A stretch of DNA of 64,000 bases, from positions 310,001 to 374,000 of the forward strand of contig NIVC01000521.1 in the NCBI GenBank assembly GCA_002269645.1, written 5' to 3'. Source of the stretch: Macrostomum lignano (taxonomy: Eukaryota). Both the position numbers and the translations under genes were made by a program. The notes beneath the pieces were generated by a model. It did no database searches, had not been told where the DNA came from, and saw only the letters and a program-made list of their open reading frames with translations. Of the stretch, positions 35,176-47,430 are shown piece after piece. The stretch's first letter is position 1; every line of letters begins with the position of its first letter.

Positions 35176-38100
35176 ATGGCCAAAGCGCACCAGCTTGACG
35201 CAAAGCTGCGCACTCAAGACGTTGCCCAGGGCGACGCGGCCAACTTTGCCGATTTGCTACTGTCCGAGCCTGTGCTGGCCGGCCTGTCCGAGGCTGGCTA
35301 CCGGACACCGTCGCCAATCCAGCTGAAGGCGATCCCGCTGGGCCGGTGCGGCCTGGACCTGGTAGTGCAGTCCAAGGCGGGCACCGGCAAGACCTGCGTG
35401 TTCGCCGTGTTGGCTCTGGAATCGCTGGCGCCAGATTTTGCTAATAACCACCGCCAAGGCGAAGTTGTCGCTGGCGTGCGAGTTCTGGCTCTGTCGCCCA
35501 CTCGCGAAGTGGCTCTGCAGAGCCGGCGGGCTATCGAGACCATCGGGCAGCGTCTGGCTGGACTGCGCTGCGGCCTGTTCATCGGCGGCCTCGGCGCCGG
35601 GGTCAAGGAGGCTGAGGCTGAGGCGGCGGCCTGTCAGGTTGCTGTGGGCACCCCCGGCCGCGTACGGCAGCTCATTGAAGCCGGCTGTCTGAAGACTGAC
35701 AGAGTCCGCATGCTGGTGCTCGACGAGGCGGATGCACTGCTTAATGAGTCTTTTCAGCAGGATATTAAGTGAGAGTTGCTTATTTGCTACTTGTTAGTAG
35801 GCTAGCATTTCTTGATAGGGTAGCTTGATTCATGGGTTTTGATGTAGCATACTTATGAGAATCCGCCTCCCCTCCTTTTTGGGGAGGTAGAATGCCTCCA
35901 AAACGATTCAAAGATGGAGAATTCCCTTTCAGATAAGATGAAGATCGAAGAATCCCCCATATTCCCAGACGAAGAAATCCCCCAGATTCCCAGATGAGGA
36001 ATCCCCCAGATTCCCAGGTAAAAAAATCCCTCAGATTTCCAGATGAAGAATCTCCCCAGATTCCTAGATGAAGAAATCCCCTACATTCTTAGATGAAGAA
36101 TCATCCCAGCTTCCCAGATGAAGAAATCCCCCAGATTCTACAGATGAATCGTTTCAGATTCCCAGGTCAAGAAAACCCCAGATGCCCAGATGAAGACCCC
36201 CCAGATTCCCTGATGAAGAATCTCCCAGATTTCCAAATGAAGAAATCCTCCACATTCCCAGAAGAAATCCCCAGATTCCCAGATGGAAAATGGCGCCAGA
36301 TTTCCAAAACAAGAAGACTCCCAGATTCCCAGATTCTCAAATGAAGGATCTCCCAGATTCCCAGATTCTCAAATGAAGAATCTCCCAGATTCCCAGATTC
36401 TCAAATGAAGGATCTCCCAGATTCCCAGATTCTCAAATGAAGGATCTCCCAGATTCCCAGATTCTCAAATGAAGAATCTCCCAGATTCCCAGATTCTCAA
36501 ATGAAGAATCTCCCAGATTCCCAGATTCTCAAATGAAGAATCTCCCAGATTCCCAGATTCTCAAATGAAGAATCTCCCAGATTCCCAGATTCTCAAATGA
36601 AGGATCTCCCAGATTCCCAGATTCTCAAATGAAGAATCTCCCAGATTCCCAGATTCTCAAATGAAGAATCTCCCAGATTCCCAGATTCTCAAATGAAGGA
36701 TCTCCCAGATTCCCAGATTCTCAAATGAAGGATCTCCCAGATTCCCAGATTCTCAAATGAAGAATCTCCCAGATTCCCAAATGGAGAATCCATCCCACTT
36801 TTCGAAGACTGCATTCCCATCCTCTTCCCACTCCATTTTTTGCCAACCCCCACTCCCCCTGTCCTCAGCTGCATCTACTGGAAGCTGCCGCAGAACAAGC
36901 AGGTGCTGGCCCTGTCGGCCACCTACCCGGACTCCATGGCCCAGCAGCTGTCGATGTACATGCGCGATCCAACGCTGGTCCGTCTAAGCGGCGGCCAACT
37001 GCTTGGCGTTCGACTCTACTGGCGCTCCGTGCCGGACAGCCACCTGCCTAATCTTGTGCTCGAACGGAAAGCTCGAATACTTGGCGACTTATTAGCCCAG
37101 GTGCAGTTCGGCCAGTGCCTGGTGTTCTCCAACTATCAGGAGCGGGCTAGGGAGCTGTGCCAGCGGCTTGAGGCAGCCGGCTGGCCGGTGGCCTATCTGG
37201 CTGGCCGGCTGCAGCAGTCCGAGCGAATCGGGGCCTACGATCGGCTGCGCGACTTCCGCTGCCGAGTTCTGGTTGCCACCGACGTGGCCGCCAGAGGCGT
37301 CGATGCGGAGAATGTCGATCTGGTGGTTAATTTGGATCTGCCAAGGTAAAATACAAGTGCTTGTGTAATATCTGACTCACTTTTCTATTGTACAATAGTT
37401 TAAGGCAAAGATCCATATTCATACTACTTACGTCGTAATTAAGTCGCTTAAATTCAAACCCCAAAAATGATCTTTTCAAAACTGTTTTGAAACTGTAATA
37501 AAATCTGGAGAGTTCTCCATTTTAGAATCTATTTAAAGAGGATTCTCCATCTGTTAATCTAGGGGGAATTCTTCATCTGGAAATCTAGGCGATTCTCCAT
37601 CTGCGAATCTAGGGGGGATTCTCCATCTGGGAATCTTGGGGGATTCTCCATCTGGGAATCTAGGGGGATTCTCCCTCTGGGAATCTAGGGGTTTCTCCCT
37701 CTGGGAATCTAGGGGGTTTCTCCATCTGGGAATCTTAGGGGGTTTCTCCATCTGGGAATCTAGGGGGTTTCTCCATCTGGGAATCTAGGGGGTTTCTCCA
37801 TCTGGGAATCTAGGGGGGATTCTCCATCTGGGAATCTAGTGAGATTATTCATCAGAAAAACTAGGGAGATTATCTATCTGAAAATCTAGGAGGATTCTTC
37901 CTAGGAGGGATTCTCCATCTGGGAATCCAAGGGTGATTCTCCATCTGGGAAGCTTAGGGTGATTCTCCATCTGGGAATCTTAGGGTGATTCTCCATCTGG
38001 GAATCTAGGGTGATTCTCCATCTGGGAATCTTAGGGTGATTCTCCATCTGGGAATCTAGGGTGATTCTCCATCTGGGAATCTATTGGGATTCTGCAATAG

Positions 38101-39455
38101 GGAATCCGTAAAGCACCGACATAGTGAAAGTCTAAGGTGTACTTAACTGAAAGTGTTGAACACTCGCTCCAACAACTAAAGCTACATGTACTGAAGATAC
38201 TTCTGATACTAGCTTAACCCATTTGGCCGCCAGGGACCACCGCACTCTGTTGCACCGGATCGGCCGGGCTGGCCGCTTCGGCAGCTACGCGGCCGCCGTC
38301 AGCCTAGTCGGCGACGGTCCCGAGCTCCGGCAGCTGCACGAGTTCGAGCGCCTCGCCGGCCTCCGCATGTCGCCGCTGCCGGAGCCGCCGCCGTCGGATT
38401 TGGCCAACGCCCCGCCTGTTGGCGACTCGGCCGCGGCCGCTGCCAGCTTCATTGAGGTGGTCGCCGACTCTGACGACAACAGCGACGACGTTGTGTCAGT
38501 GAAATCCGCCGCTCCGACCGATCGGTCGATGTTCGAATCCGACTCGCCAATCAGACCGCCCAGGCCGCAGAAGCAGTCGGGCGGCAGAAGTGGCAAAGGA
38601 AAGCAGAAATTTAAGCGCGGTCGTCAGCACCGACAGGAGGCCGAAGAATTGCCGCAGGCTGACGATGCGGACGACTGGGCCGCCTTCGAGGCGTCGGCTG
38701 GGGCTGCAGCAGCTTCGTCGTCTGAGGATGCCGAAGTGCTTCGACTGCGAGCTTTGCTGCACGGCGGCGCTGGAAGCTCGAGCGAGACGGCTCCGCAGCC
38801 GCAGGTTGCACCGCCGGCGCCACAGCCGCAGGTGGCACCGCCAGCGCCGCAGCCAGCAGCACCTGCGCCCATAGCGAGCGCCGACTTTAGTTGGATTGCT
38901 GAAGAATCCAGCGCGCTAGCCGGCCTGCTGAGTGACTGGCTTGATGGTGCGTCGGGCCGTCGGGATTCTGCGGCTAAGATGCCGGCTGATATGCTAGAAG
39001 CCCGGCGCATCATCGACAAGACGGCAGCTGCTAATAATAGAACCCAGAAGTTGCCGCTGGAGCTGTTGCTATTGCCAGATTCAACTGCAGCTGACTGCCT
39101 GCCCGCTGATCGGCTGCTGGCACTCAATAAGCAAATTCAATGCCTTGCGTGCCGGTCTAGTGGTCATACTGCCGCCCCTACTGAGCCTACTTCCGCCCCT
39201 ACTGAACCTGCATCCGCCCCTGCTGTGCCTGCATCCGCCCCTGCTGGGCCTGCATCCGCCCCAGCAACAACAACAGCAGCAGCAGCAGTCTCTAGCGATC
39301 CGCTGTCCCCTAGCGATCGTCAGCTGCTGCACGAGTTGCTGGCCGCTGATGCCGAGCTGGAGCAGCTCAGGCAACTTGTTGACTGGCATCGGCAGAGCTG
39401 CGAACGGGAGTGGGCGCTTATGGAGCACCTGCGACAACAGCTTTACGAGTATTAA
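35176..39455 (+). CDS. DDX20: DEAD-box RNA helicase DDX20/Gemin3; exons 35176-35768, 36869-37345, 38234-39455
   Basis: LLSEPVLAGLSEAGYRTPSPIQLKAIPLGRCGLDLVVQSKAGTGKTCVF (DDX20-type N-terminus), DEAD, SAT, TDVAARGVD and HRIGRAGRFG motifs; GT-AG introns 35769-36868 and 37346-38233, both phase 2 and in frame; low-complexity Ala/Pro C-terminus. Confidence 0.93.
35940..36790 (+). repeat. Intron-1 minisatellite (CCCAGATTCCCAGAT core; regular ~32-bp unit at ~36320-36780)
   Basis: Unit CTCCCAGATTCCCAGATTCTCAAATGAAG(A/G)AT plus degenerate CCCCAGATTCCCAGATGAAGAATC copies. Confidence 0.9.
37530..38105 (-). repeat. Intron-2 minisatellite (~24-25 bp), reverse complement of the intron-1 repeat
   Basis: Unit GATTCTCCATCTGGGAATCTAGGGG; its reverse complement CCCCTAGATTCCCAGATGGAGAATC matches the intron-1 core. 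Confidence 0.9.
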
Positions 39456-41709
39456 GATTATCTAGTTTTATAAAATTTGCATTTATAATGGACAAGGCAT
39501 TTGCTAATTATTGGTTTTGATTACAAAAACAATAAATGAAACGGAAATGTAGTGGACTTTTGTAACTATATAATTCATATCGTCTCTTTGTTGCTACCTA
39601 GTGGTGAAACTTTTCATAGAATTTTTATTGTCGAAGTTCATATTGTAGAAAAAATTCTAGGATATCTGTTACCATAACGAAGGTTGGATTCGACTTTGAT
39701 TAGCTTTTCTAGGGTTGGAGAGAACCAAAAATGTCTGTTGACCTACCCTATTCGAGTGTTTCGTAGTGCAATCAAAGTTTTTGCTGTCAAATCTTGAAAT
39801 CCAATTAGCTAGTTATTACGAGCGTACAGAGTTAAAAACACAACACAATCGTAGTTTATCATTAATTATCAGATCCATAGCCCATTTCTCGACCGTGACT
39901 CTCAACTTCCTTCAGATTGCCTGTCCATTCACCTTGTGCCCTGTGTCTGCCCCTTCGTCCTTCAACACCACCTTCGACCACAGCCTCCAGCACTCCATCA
40001 CTTCTCGCAACATGCCAGAAGAAGCGGAGAATTTCCTTCTCCGCATATTCTTTTAATTTCCATTTTTAATCCTGTCGTTAGTCGTTAGTCGTTCCTTTCA
40101 GGAAATGTCCAGCATCCCACTGTAGGTCTTCATCTCGAAGACTCTCGAAAGCAAAAAATGCTGCTAATGAAATCGGTAGTCATGACAACTCTTCTCTATG
40201 GTAGTTACAGTTTACAAATAAGTGTTTTGAGTTCTTCAGATTCTATACTATATTGAAAACGTTATTTTAGTTTGTGTCTTATCTTAATTAATATATTTAT
40301 GCAACTTTGCTCCGAGCCTTCTAATCTGACATAGAAATACCAATTGAGCTACTACTATTAGTAGCACTAGCTGTCAGCCTGGTCCCTGTTATGCTACTGA
40401 ATCTATCTGCCTAATGCCTGGACTTCTGTAGTTGGCTATCGCAGTGGACTCGAGATGATGAGCATTATGGGCCCTCTGAGTTGCCCTGTGGAATGGACAG
40501 CTGATGTCCAAGTTGGTTATGACGCGTTCAGATCAGACTGGGTTAAGCCCAGTGCTAAGATGGCAATTGCTGCGTTTTACAAGATGTCTTTGCGACCTTG
40601 GCTAGGTGAGCTGTGCTGCGCTTGTCTAAATTATATCGGCTTATAACCACAGATACTAGAATAACTGGATGTCACTGGCAGAAAATGCCTTTTGCCTTTA
40701 TTACAAGTAAAACAAAGAGCGATGAAATTCAACTCGATATTTAAACTTTGTATATATAGCGAGCAAGAGAGAAAACCCCAGCCAGGCGATAAACAGTTGA
40801 GCTTTCTTCATCTTGCCCGCTTGTGTCTGACTTTGACCTCTGTCCTTACTGCTCTCTCATTGGCTGAGCTAGATTGGGCCTGCCTCCTAGACTTAGTTTC
40901 CCACTGAGATTCAGTATAGGGGATGGGAAACTACAAATTTAGGTTTTACCTACCTACCGACAGACCATTTTTAGTATATGGGACTTGTTATTGCTTTTGA
41001 TAGTAGGCAGACCAAATGTTCATCTTTTGATATACATGTATATTGCCTTTTTTGTAGCTCTATTGATTTTAATAGAGCCTTTTGTTTAGAAAATTGGGAT
41101 TATACGAGTGTATCTTTATTTTATATCCTGTGCCTAAAAATAATGGCACAGCTCGACTCATTGGTATTATGAATCTATGAATCTATGTACTCCATGTGTA
41201 AGTGTGTGTATTTACGACTATGTACACGGAGCAATAGTTGACGTAGCAGCTAAATTAAAATATCGGTTGATTACCATCCTTATAGGGGTACAAGAAGAAC
41301 CACCAACACAGCTGTCTTGATTTTTTTAAGGCAGCAGCCTCCTGCTTCTGAAGGGCGAAGCTGGGCACTCTCATCCCGGTGATCGGGCGCACCTTGAACT
41401 CGTAGATGATGCGTCTGCATGGCCACCAGCTGCAGACTGTCAGGCTCAGTCTAGCCGTGCCAAATCTGCAGCTTGCACTGAGGCTTCACCTTGTTTGCGA
41501 ATTTAATACAAGCCATTTGGCTTTGGTGCTGTTTAACTTTACTAATTGCTATTGTTAGATATTGTTTTTATTTATTACCAAATAAATAATAGATCACTTT
41601 TGGTCAATTATTTTAACGTGACTTTTAATTATACACTTTTAGGAACACTTGTTTTGGTCTTTTAATTCTTAAATCGCTCAAGCATTTTTTTTATTGTTAC
41701 TAGCAATAT

Positions 41710-42250
41710 ACGCCCTCCTTGGGAAGCAAACAAGGAATGTAATAAAGTTTTTTATTAAATAAACTACATTTAGTTTCCGATCTCCGCCTTTATATCTTAG
41801 CAATTCGCCCCAAGCATTGCCATCTCGAAAATTTCCCCCGTAAGCCTTGACATCTCAGCGATTCCCCTCCCTCCTCTGAGACTTGACGTCTCAGCAATCC
41901 CACCCCAAGCCTTGCTATATCATAAATTCCCCAAGCCTTGACATCTTAGCGATTTCCCCAGCAAGCCTTCTATGTCTTCTATGATGCTTCTTCTATGTCT
42001 ACATGACGCTTCTTTCGTGTATTGCATGACGCTTATTTTAGTCTGACGTGACGCTTCTTTTATGTCTGACGTTACGCTTCTTTTATGTTTTACATGACGC
42101 ATTTATGTATTACATCTACGCCCCCGTTGGGGAGCAAACAAAAAATGTAGTATAATATTTTAAATAAACTACATCTAGCTTCTGGCCTCAGCCTTATATC
42201 TTAGCGATTCCCCGTGAACCTTGACATCTTAGCAATGCCCCCCATTAGCC
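41710..42250 (+). repeat. Local ~410-bp-spaced direct duplication with short internal repeats
   Basis: CGCCC..TTGGG.AGCAAACAA..AAATAAACTACAT..TTATATCTTAGC.ATTC near 41710 and 42120; CCTTGACATCT(C/T)AGC and TGACGCTTCTT repeats. Confidence 0.65.
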
Positions 42251-42401
42251 CCTTTCAAGACCCCTTTTACTCCTAACACTGGATTAGAAGTTGTCAGAAA
42301 CTATAAGCTTTATAAGGTGCAATAAACTATTATATTGTCTTAATGTGTTCAATTTCTATTTTATGCATGTATTAACTAAACCGCCGTCCTGTGCATCATA
42401 T

Positions 42402-43361
42402 ATGTGGCCTTTTGACAGTCTATTAGAAGTTCACTATGCCGTCCATGCGCTATACTGTTGCATTATCTGCGTCTTGGCTCGCGAGGTTTACGTATTGCGC
42501 TTCCGAATCGATGCACTCCGGACAGAGTGCTCAGATATTGAGAAGAAAAACGAAAAATTGGAACAGCGAAATGAAGTATTGGAGAAACGGTCTGATTTAG
42601 TTGGGGAGAAAAATGACAAATTGACTGCTGAGAACAACGCGTTAACAAATGAGAAGTATAGGCTTCAAAGTGAGAATAGCTCGCTTGAGTTGGTAAAGCA
42701 AGCGTCGGATTCCAGCTACGAATTTTTGAACAAGAGGCTGTCAAAGCTCGAGCTTAAGAACTCTCAACTTAAAGCGAAAAATAACGCATTAGAAAAGACC
42801 AATTCAGCCGTAGAATTCTCCGTTACTCCACCAATCAACGGACAATGCAACGCCAGTGCCAACGATGTCTCACTGCGGGAAGAGTTCGAGACATTGGAAA
42901 AGAAGAATCAAGAATTCAGGACTCAAATCGCTTTGCACGAGAAAGACAGAAGTCTATTTGAAGAAAAGCTGGACAATATGAGCCTGACGGCCAGGGATTT
43001 CGAAACCAAAAACTCCGAATTGCGCATGGAAGTGGACCGATTAAAAGATAAAAACAAAGTACTGAAAGACAAACTGGCTGCTTTGCGTAGAGAGTGCTCT
43101 GAGCTTGAAAATAATCAAAACGCTCTGCAGAGAAAGTATGGCAATGGAAACGGGCGCCAAACCTGCTCCGTGAATGTGACCCATGTCGGTCAGATGGTGC
43201 TCAACACACAGGTGCCGATTCCTTTGAGTTCACCGAAGCATAATCCGGTAGCTTCAGCTGATGTCCAGGAAACTTCTGCTGATGAAGCAGCTGGTGGCAG
43301 CTGGACAGATGTGCCACGGAGGCGCAGGAACAAACGGCGTGGTTTGAATCGGCTGCAATAA
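42402..43361 (+). CDS. Single-exon orphan protein, ~319 aa: hydrophobic N-terminal segment, long coiled coil, basic C-terminus
   Basis: Open frame (42291-43361 in the track; likely ATG 42402); heptad-rich E/K/L/N stretch; ends GGSWTDVPRRRRNKRRGLNRLQ. No family recognised. Confidence 0.55.
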   Translation: MWPFDSLLEVHYAVHALYCCIICVLAREVYVLRFRIDALRTECSDIEKKNEKLEQRNEVLEKRSDLVGEKNDKLTAENNALTNEKYRLQSENSSLELVKQASDSSYEFLNKRLSKLELKNSQLKAKNNALEKTNSAVEFSVTPPINGQCNASANDVSLREEFETLEKKNQEFRTQIALHEKDRSLFEEKLDNMSLTARDFETKNSELRMEVDRLKDKNKVLKDKLAALRRECSELENNQNALQRKYGNGNGRQTCSVNVTHVGQMVLNTQVPIPLSSPKHNPVASADVQETSADEAAGGSWTDVPRRRRNKRRGLNRLQ

Positions 43362-45013
43362 ATCCAACTTTGATATTCGGTGTCTGCAGTGCTTATATGC
43401 TGTTGCATTTCTATCAAATCAATATTTTTACACAATTTACCATGCTCAAAATTACTACAACTAGAGCTAAATTAAAGCAGCTGCTCCGAAAGAACTCATT
43501 TACGGAGGCCAAAGTCACGAACTCGCATCTTATTTTTTTCGTTTTTGTGGTCCATTCTCGACGAAGAAAGTCTGAGCCGGTTCCAGACAATTTTGAGGAT
43601 TCTGCCGTCTCCATTATCTTCTATTTCTCCCTGACTCGGCTCTGAAATTATGTTTAGCTGACTTGACTGTCGCCGGCTGCCTGTGCACCTGATGCTGTGT
43701 TATGCTACATCATTTATTCAAGAATCTTATGCACTTTTTAAGCCTTTCTTTAGCACTCTTAAGTCCGTGCTCCTGATTTTACTGTAAAAAAATGACAAGC
43801 AGGCAGTGTGTTAAGTAAGGCGTTTGCGGTAGGATTCCAGGCGGATTGTCTCTGATTCTGAAAGACATCAATATGTGCTGAAAAATCTAGCCAATTCAAT
43901 ATTTTACTGTTTATCTGCTACAATCCATGTCACATTGAAATGTCGGAAGGTTGAAAGGATCTGGTTGAATTTACGAGTATATATACTTGTAGCGCGTATA
44001 ATAAAATGCTGCTCGTACTTAAACTTAAATTCAAAAGTGCACTTGACTGTACGGACAATTTACTTAAAAATTATTTGAATAACAGAAGAAACACTCATTC
44101 TCAGTGATGTTAGAACGAGTAGCAAGTCGTTCGAGCACCAATTAAGACTACGAGCAGTATTAAGAAACACTGGTTATTAACAGAGTCTTAAGACCGATTT
44201 AATGAACTACCAATAATAGATACAAGTCCATGTCTATCTAAAGTAACCGTTGTCTCAAAGTCTCATAAACGGCTAATGGATTTTCTTGCTTTTATTGACA
44301 CCTCTATTCTAGGCAATTGCAATTCTCTGGTCTGTAACCTGTTATTCCTGTTAAGGACATTAAGGACTAAGGACATTTTTTCCTTGTAAGGAATAATTTA
44401 AGAAAATCGGATTATGAATTCTAAAAACTACTTTGCAGTTGATTTTTATCTATGCGTCAAAGGTGAAAACACCGTTTCCAATGAAATGTTTTTGTGCGAT
44501 TCCTATCGGAGCTCGATCTATACGTTCTGGTCTTTGTATTGGCTTCGTTTGATTGCAAAAATTATCGTATTTTTTACGCGGGTTCATATCTACCATTATT
44601 TATTGTTATTTGTTTTGTTTTAGGCTGTACTAAAATACAATTTCATTGCTTGATATTTGCTTTTAAAAGGAAATATTCTGATAATTTACAGTTGATTTAT
44701 TCTCACTAATGACCAAGAAACCTTGTCACTTCGAATGCCAAAGTCTCAGCGTTTCAGCGCTAGCCCGCCTTTTTGTTTGCAAATACAAATATGAATCTTT
44801 GCCCATATTGTTCTGCTTTCTTGCTTAGCTGTAATAATTGTGCCTAAATTATCCGTATTTAATTATGTACAAATGATTTGCTTCAATAAATATTAAGCAT
44901 TAATTTTTGTCTTCAATCCTTGATTATTATGGCTTCAGTATTTTCTGGGTATTTTCTCTAATGACTAGTAGCTTAGTGGAATCATTACTCTTTGCAGTCT
45001 CTGTTGTAGCATA

Positions 45014-45232
45014 GGTTGTAGCATAGGCCTACTGGTCAGAGCATCGGACTCATGACTTGAAGGTCGAGGGTTCGATTCCCGATCCCACTGGAACAATTGT
45101 GTGGCGACCCCCCAGTCCTTGGACTTGAACAGCCGTACGCAGCCTTCAGATGCGCCGCGCAATGGCTGCGGCTGAGCTGTCGGTTGCACATCTGTCCATT
45201 AGGGCAGGTGTAATCAATTATTATTATTATTA
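45014..45232 (+). mobile_element. tRNA-derived SINE, internally deleted copy
   Basis: tRNA-like head with B box GGGTTCGATTCCC 45068-45080; ~95-bp body shared with the 48.4-kb copy; (TTA)n tail 45218-45232. Confidence 0.75.
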
Positions 45233-45287
45233 AGTCTTTGTAACTTAAAAGTGACTTATTTTATAATAAAACAAAAAATTAATTGAA

Positions 45288-45533
45288 TTGTTAGTTTATT
45301 TTCAAATCAGTATCAGTGACAAAACAGTTTCCTTTGTTGCCATGGAAATTTCTCGCGAATATCGCTTACAATCGACGCTGGCCCGTGCTAGCTGCTCGGA
45401 TGATTGGTTCTGGTGGCCAAGTGAGCGCAGCCAATCAGAATGCTCCGTTGGGCCGCTAGCAATTTTGTGGCGAATTTCATTACCAAAAATGCTACTATTT
45501 AGCCTGCGGGATGTACTTGTGCTTCCGGTGTAA
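45288..45533 (+). pseudogene. Truncated CLCC1/MCLC-like paralog
   Basis: EISREY..ARASCSDDW..SQSECSVGPLAILWRISLPKMLLFSLRDVLVLPV aligns by eye with the 46114 and 48812 ORFs but stops early (TAA 45531-45533). Confidence 0.6.
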
Positions 45534-45754
45534 TTTGGTGGCCTCATTGCTGGCAGGTGGGCATCCGATTCGCTCTTGTTCCTAAAGACCATTTTTATAT
45601 GGCTTGGATGGAAGTCTCCTTGTTCGCTTCCCTTACCAGAAAGTTACCAGAAATTATGGTCCAGATTTCTGTTGTGAAGACAGAAGGGAGTTATGAAGAA
45701 TCTAATCTGATTTATCTGTCAAACGACAATGATTGGTAATATCAGGTCATGACT

Positions 45755-45935
45755 CAGGGGTTGGCAAAATCTGGCCCGTGAAGCTCCTCTATCCGGCCCT
45801 CGGGTCCTTTGAAACTTTACTATAGCAGTCTGGTTGGGTCAGGGATTGTGTCTCTTTTCTCCCCTCTCCTCTCCCTGCCCTCTCTCTCTCTCTCGTCTCT
45901 CCTCTTCTTGAGCTAAAAACGTTTGCTGACCCCTG
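45755..45935. mobile_element. hAT (Charlie-like) MITE with CT-rich interior
   Basis: Ends CAGGGGTTGGCAAA / TTTGCTGACCCCTG; shares ATCCGGCCCTC.GGTCCT.TGAAACT with the 49992 copy; no clean 8-bp TSD. Confidence 0.65.
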
Positions 45936-46113
45936 GTGGCTACGTGCTCAAGAAACAAAGAGGCAACTTTTCTGGTTTAGCTCACAATACGATTATAATT
46001 TCAGACCCATTTACCAGTGGCTAAATGAGCCTGTCATCAAGACAGAATCTGCAACCGTCTTTTCCGGTGCAGATATCTTACGGTGCAGCTTATACGCATG
46101 CTTTACTGTTGGA

Positions 46114-46656
46114 TTGATTTTCTATATTCAGTTTTTTAAGCTGGATTATCGGCACCTGCACTATGAGGCCTTCCTACTTGCGATGGTTTTCGCCTTTGTA
46201 TTTCTAATTGTTCCTGTGGAATTCTACCGAGAATACCAATGGCAAAGGGAGCTTGCTCAAGCCCGCTGCTCTGATTGGTCAGTGACAAGCTTGTTGTCTA
46301 ATTGGTTGTTTAGTGCTAGCCAATCAGAGTGCTCTGTTGGCTTGCTCACCATTCTGTGGCGTGTGTCTCTTCTTCGCGTGCTGCTGCTCAGTGCTTGGGA
46401 TCTGCTGGTATTTCCTGTTGAGGTTTTTATCGATTCGGCTGGAAGTTTGCTGTCGGTGGTTGTTGCTTTTGCGATGGGGCAGCCGTTGGTATTTGTTAGT
46501 CTCTGGCTTCCTCTGGTTGCAAGTTTGCTCAAGGCAACAATAACTATTATTCGAGGTACTGACATTTTTTTTACTTCAAAAATTTATTTGGGTATTCGGC
46601 TCTTTTTATCTGTTAATTCACTTAGCTGTGATTTTTCAAATACATTCGAACAATAA
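46114..46656 (+). CDS. CLCC1/MCLC-like membrane protein paralog (partial or single exon)
   Basis: TM, EFYREY..ARCSDWS..SECSVGLLTILWRVSLLRVLLLSAWDLLVFPVEVF..GQPLVFV; candidate acceptor at 46139-46140. Confidence 0.6.
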   Translation: MIFYIQFFKLDYRHLHYEAFLLAMVFAFVFLIVPVEFYREYQWQRELAQARCSDWSVTSLLSNWLFSASQSECSVGLLTILWRVSLLRVLLLSAWDLLVFPVEVFIDSAGSLLSVVVAFAMGQPLVFVSLWLPLVASLLKATITIIRGTDIFFTSKIYLGIRLFLSVNSLSCDFSNTFEQ

Positions 46657-46959
46657 AGTTTTAACTTTACATTTTATTATCACTAATGCTTGTTATAATA
46701 AAGATACTATTTACTCCACTTTAAAACGAGTAACCTCTTTGTTATCTTTCGTTAACCAGTAAGCGATTCTGGTTTCAAAATGTTTAGATGAATTAATTCT
46801 CCACAACTCGCTTAAAAGTTGTTTGGATTTTTTCGCGCTGGTTCCCTCTACAGAACCTTGCAAATGACGGAAATATATGTGTAATCTCACTAGTTAGGTA
46901 TGTAGGAGCTATTTATACCGTCATCCAGCTTCAAAACTTTTATTATTAAAGGCTGCATC

Positions 46960-47430
46960 TCCTCTTCTCTCCTCTCCTCTGTCCTCACTTCTCTCCTCTC
47001 CTCACTTCTCTCCTCTCTTATCTCTCCCCTCCTCTCTCCTCTCTCCTCTCTTCTCTCCTCTCTCCTCTCCTCTCTCCTCACTTCTCTCCTCTCCTCTCTC
47101 CTCACTTCTCTCCTCTCCTCACTTCTCTCCTCTCTTATCTCCTCTCCTCTCTCCTCTCTTATCTCTTCTCTTCTCTCTCTTCTCTCTCCTTTCCTCTCCT
47201 CTCTCCTCTCTCCTCTTTTATCTCTTCTCTTCTCTTTCCTCTTCTCTCTCCTCTCTTATCTCTCTTTCATCTCCTCTTCTCTTCTCTCTCTCCTCTCCTC
47301 TCCTCTCTTATCTCTCCCTCCTCTCTCCTCTCTTATCTCTCTTCTCTTATCTCTCTTCCCTCCTCTCCTCTCGTCTCCTCTTCTCTCTTCTCTCCTCTCC
47401 TCTCGTCTCCTCTCCTCTCTTCTCTCTCTC
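46960..47430 (+). repeat. (CTCCT/CTCTT)n polypyrimidine tract
   Basis: ~470 bp almost entirely C/T. Confidence 0.95.

Noticed and set aside
40431-40604. Possible isolated exon (VGYRSGLEMMSIMGPLSCPVEW...)
   Set aside because: Splice sites are plausible, but no partner exons or homology could be identified.
41300-41520. Coding-looking minus-strand fragment
   Set aside because: Interrupted by a stop and frame change; no recognisable family.
45014-45090. tRNA-Met gene (CAT in a loop)
   Set aside because: Acceptor and T stems do not pair, and it continues into a repeat body with a (TTA)n tail shared with 48.4 kb; it is a SINE head.
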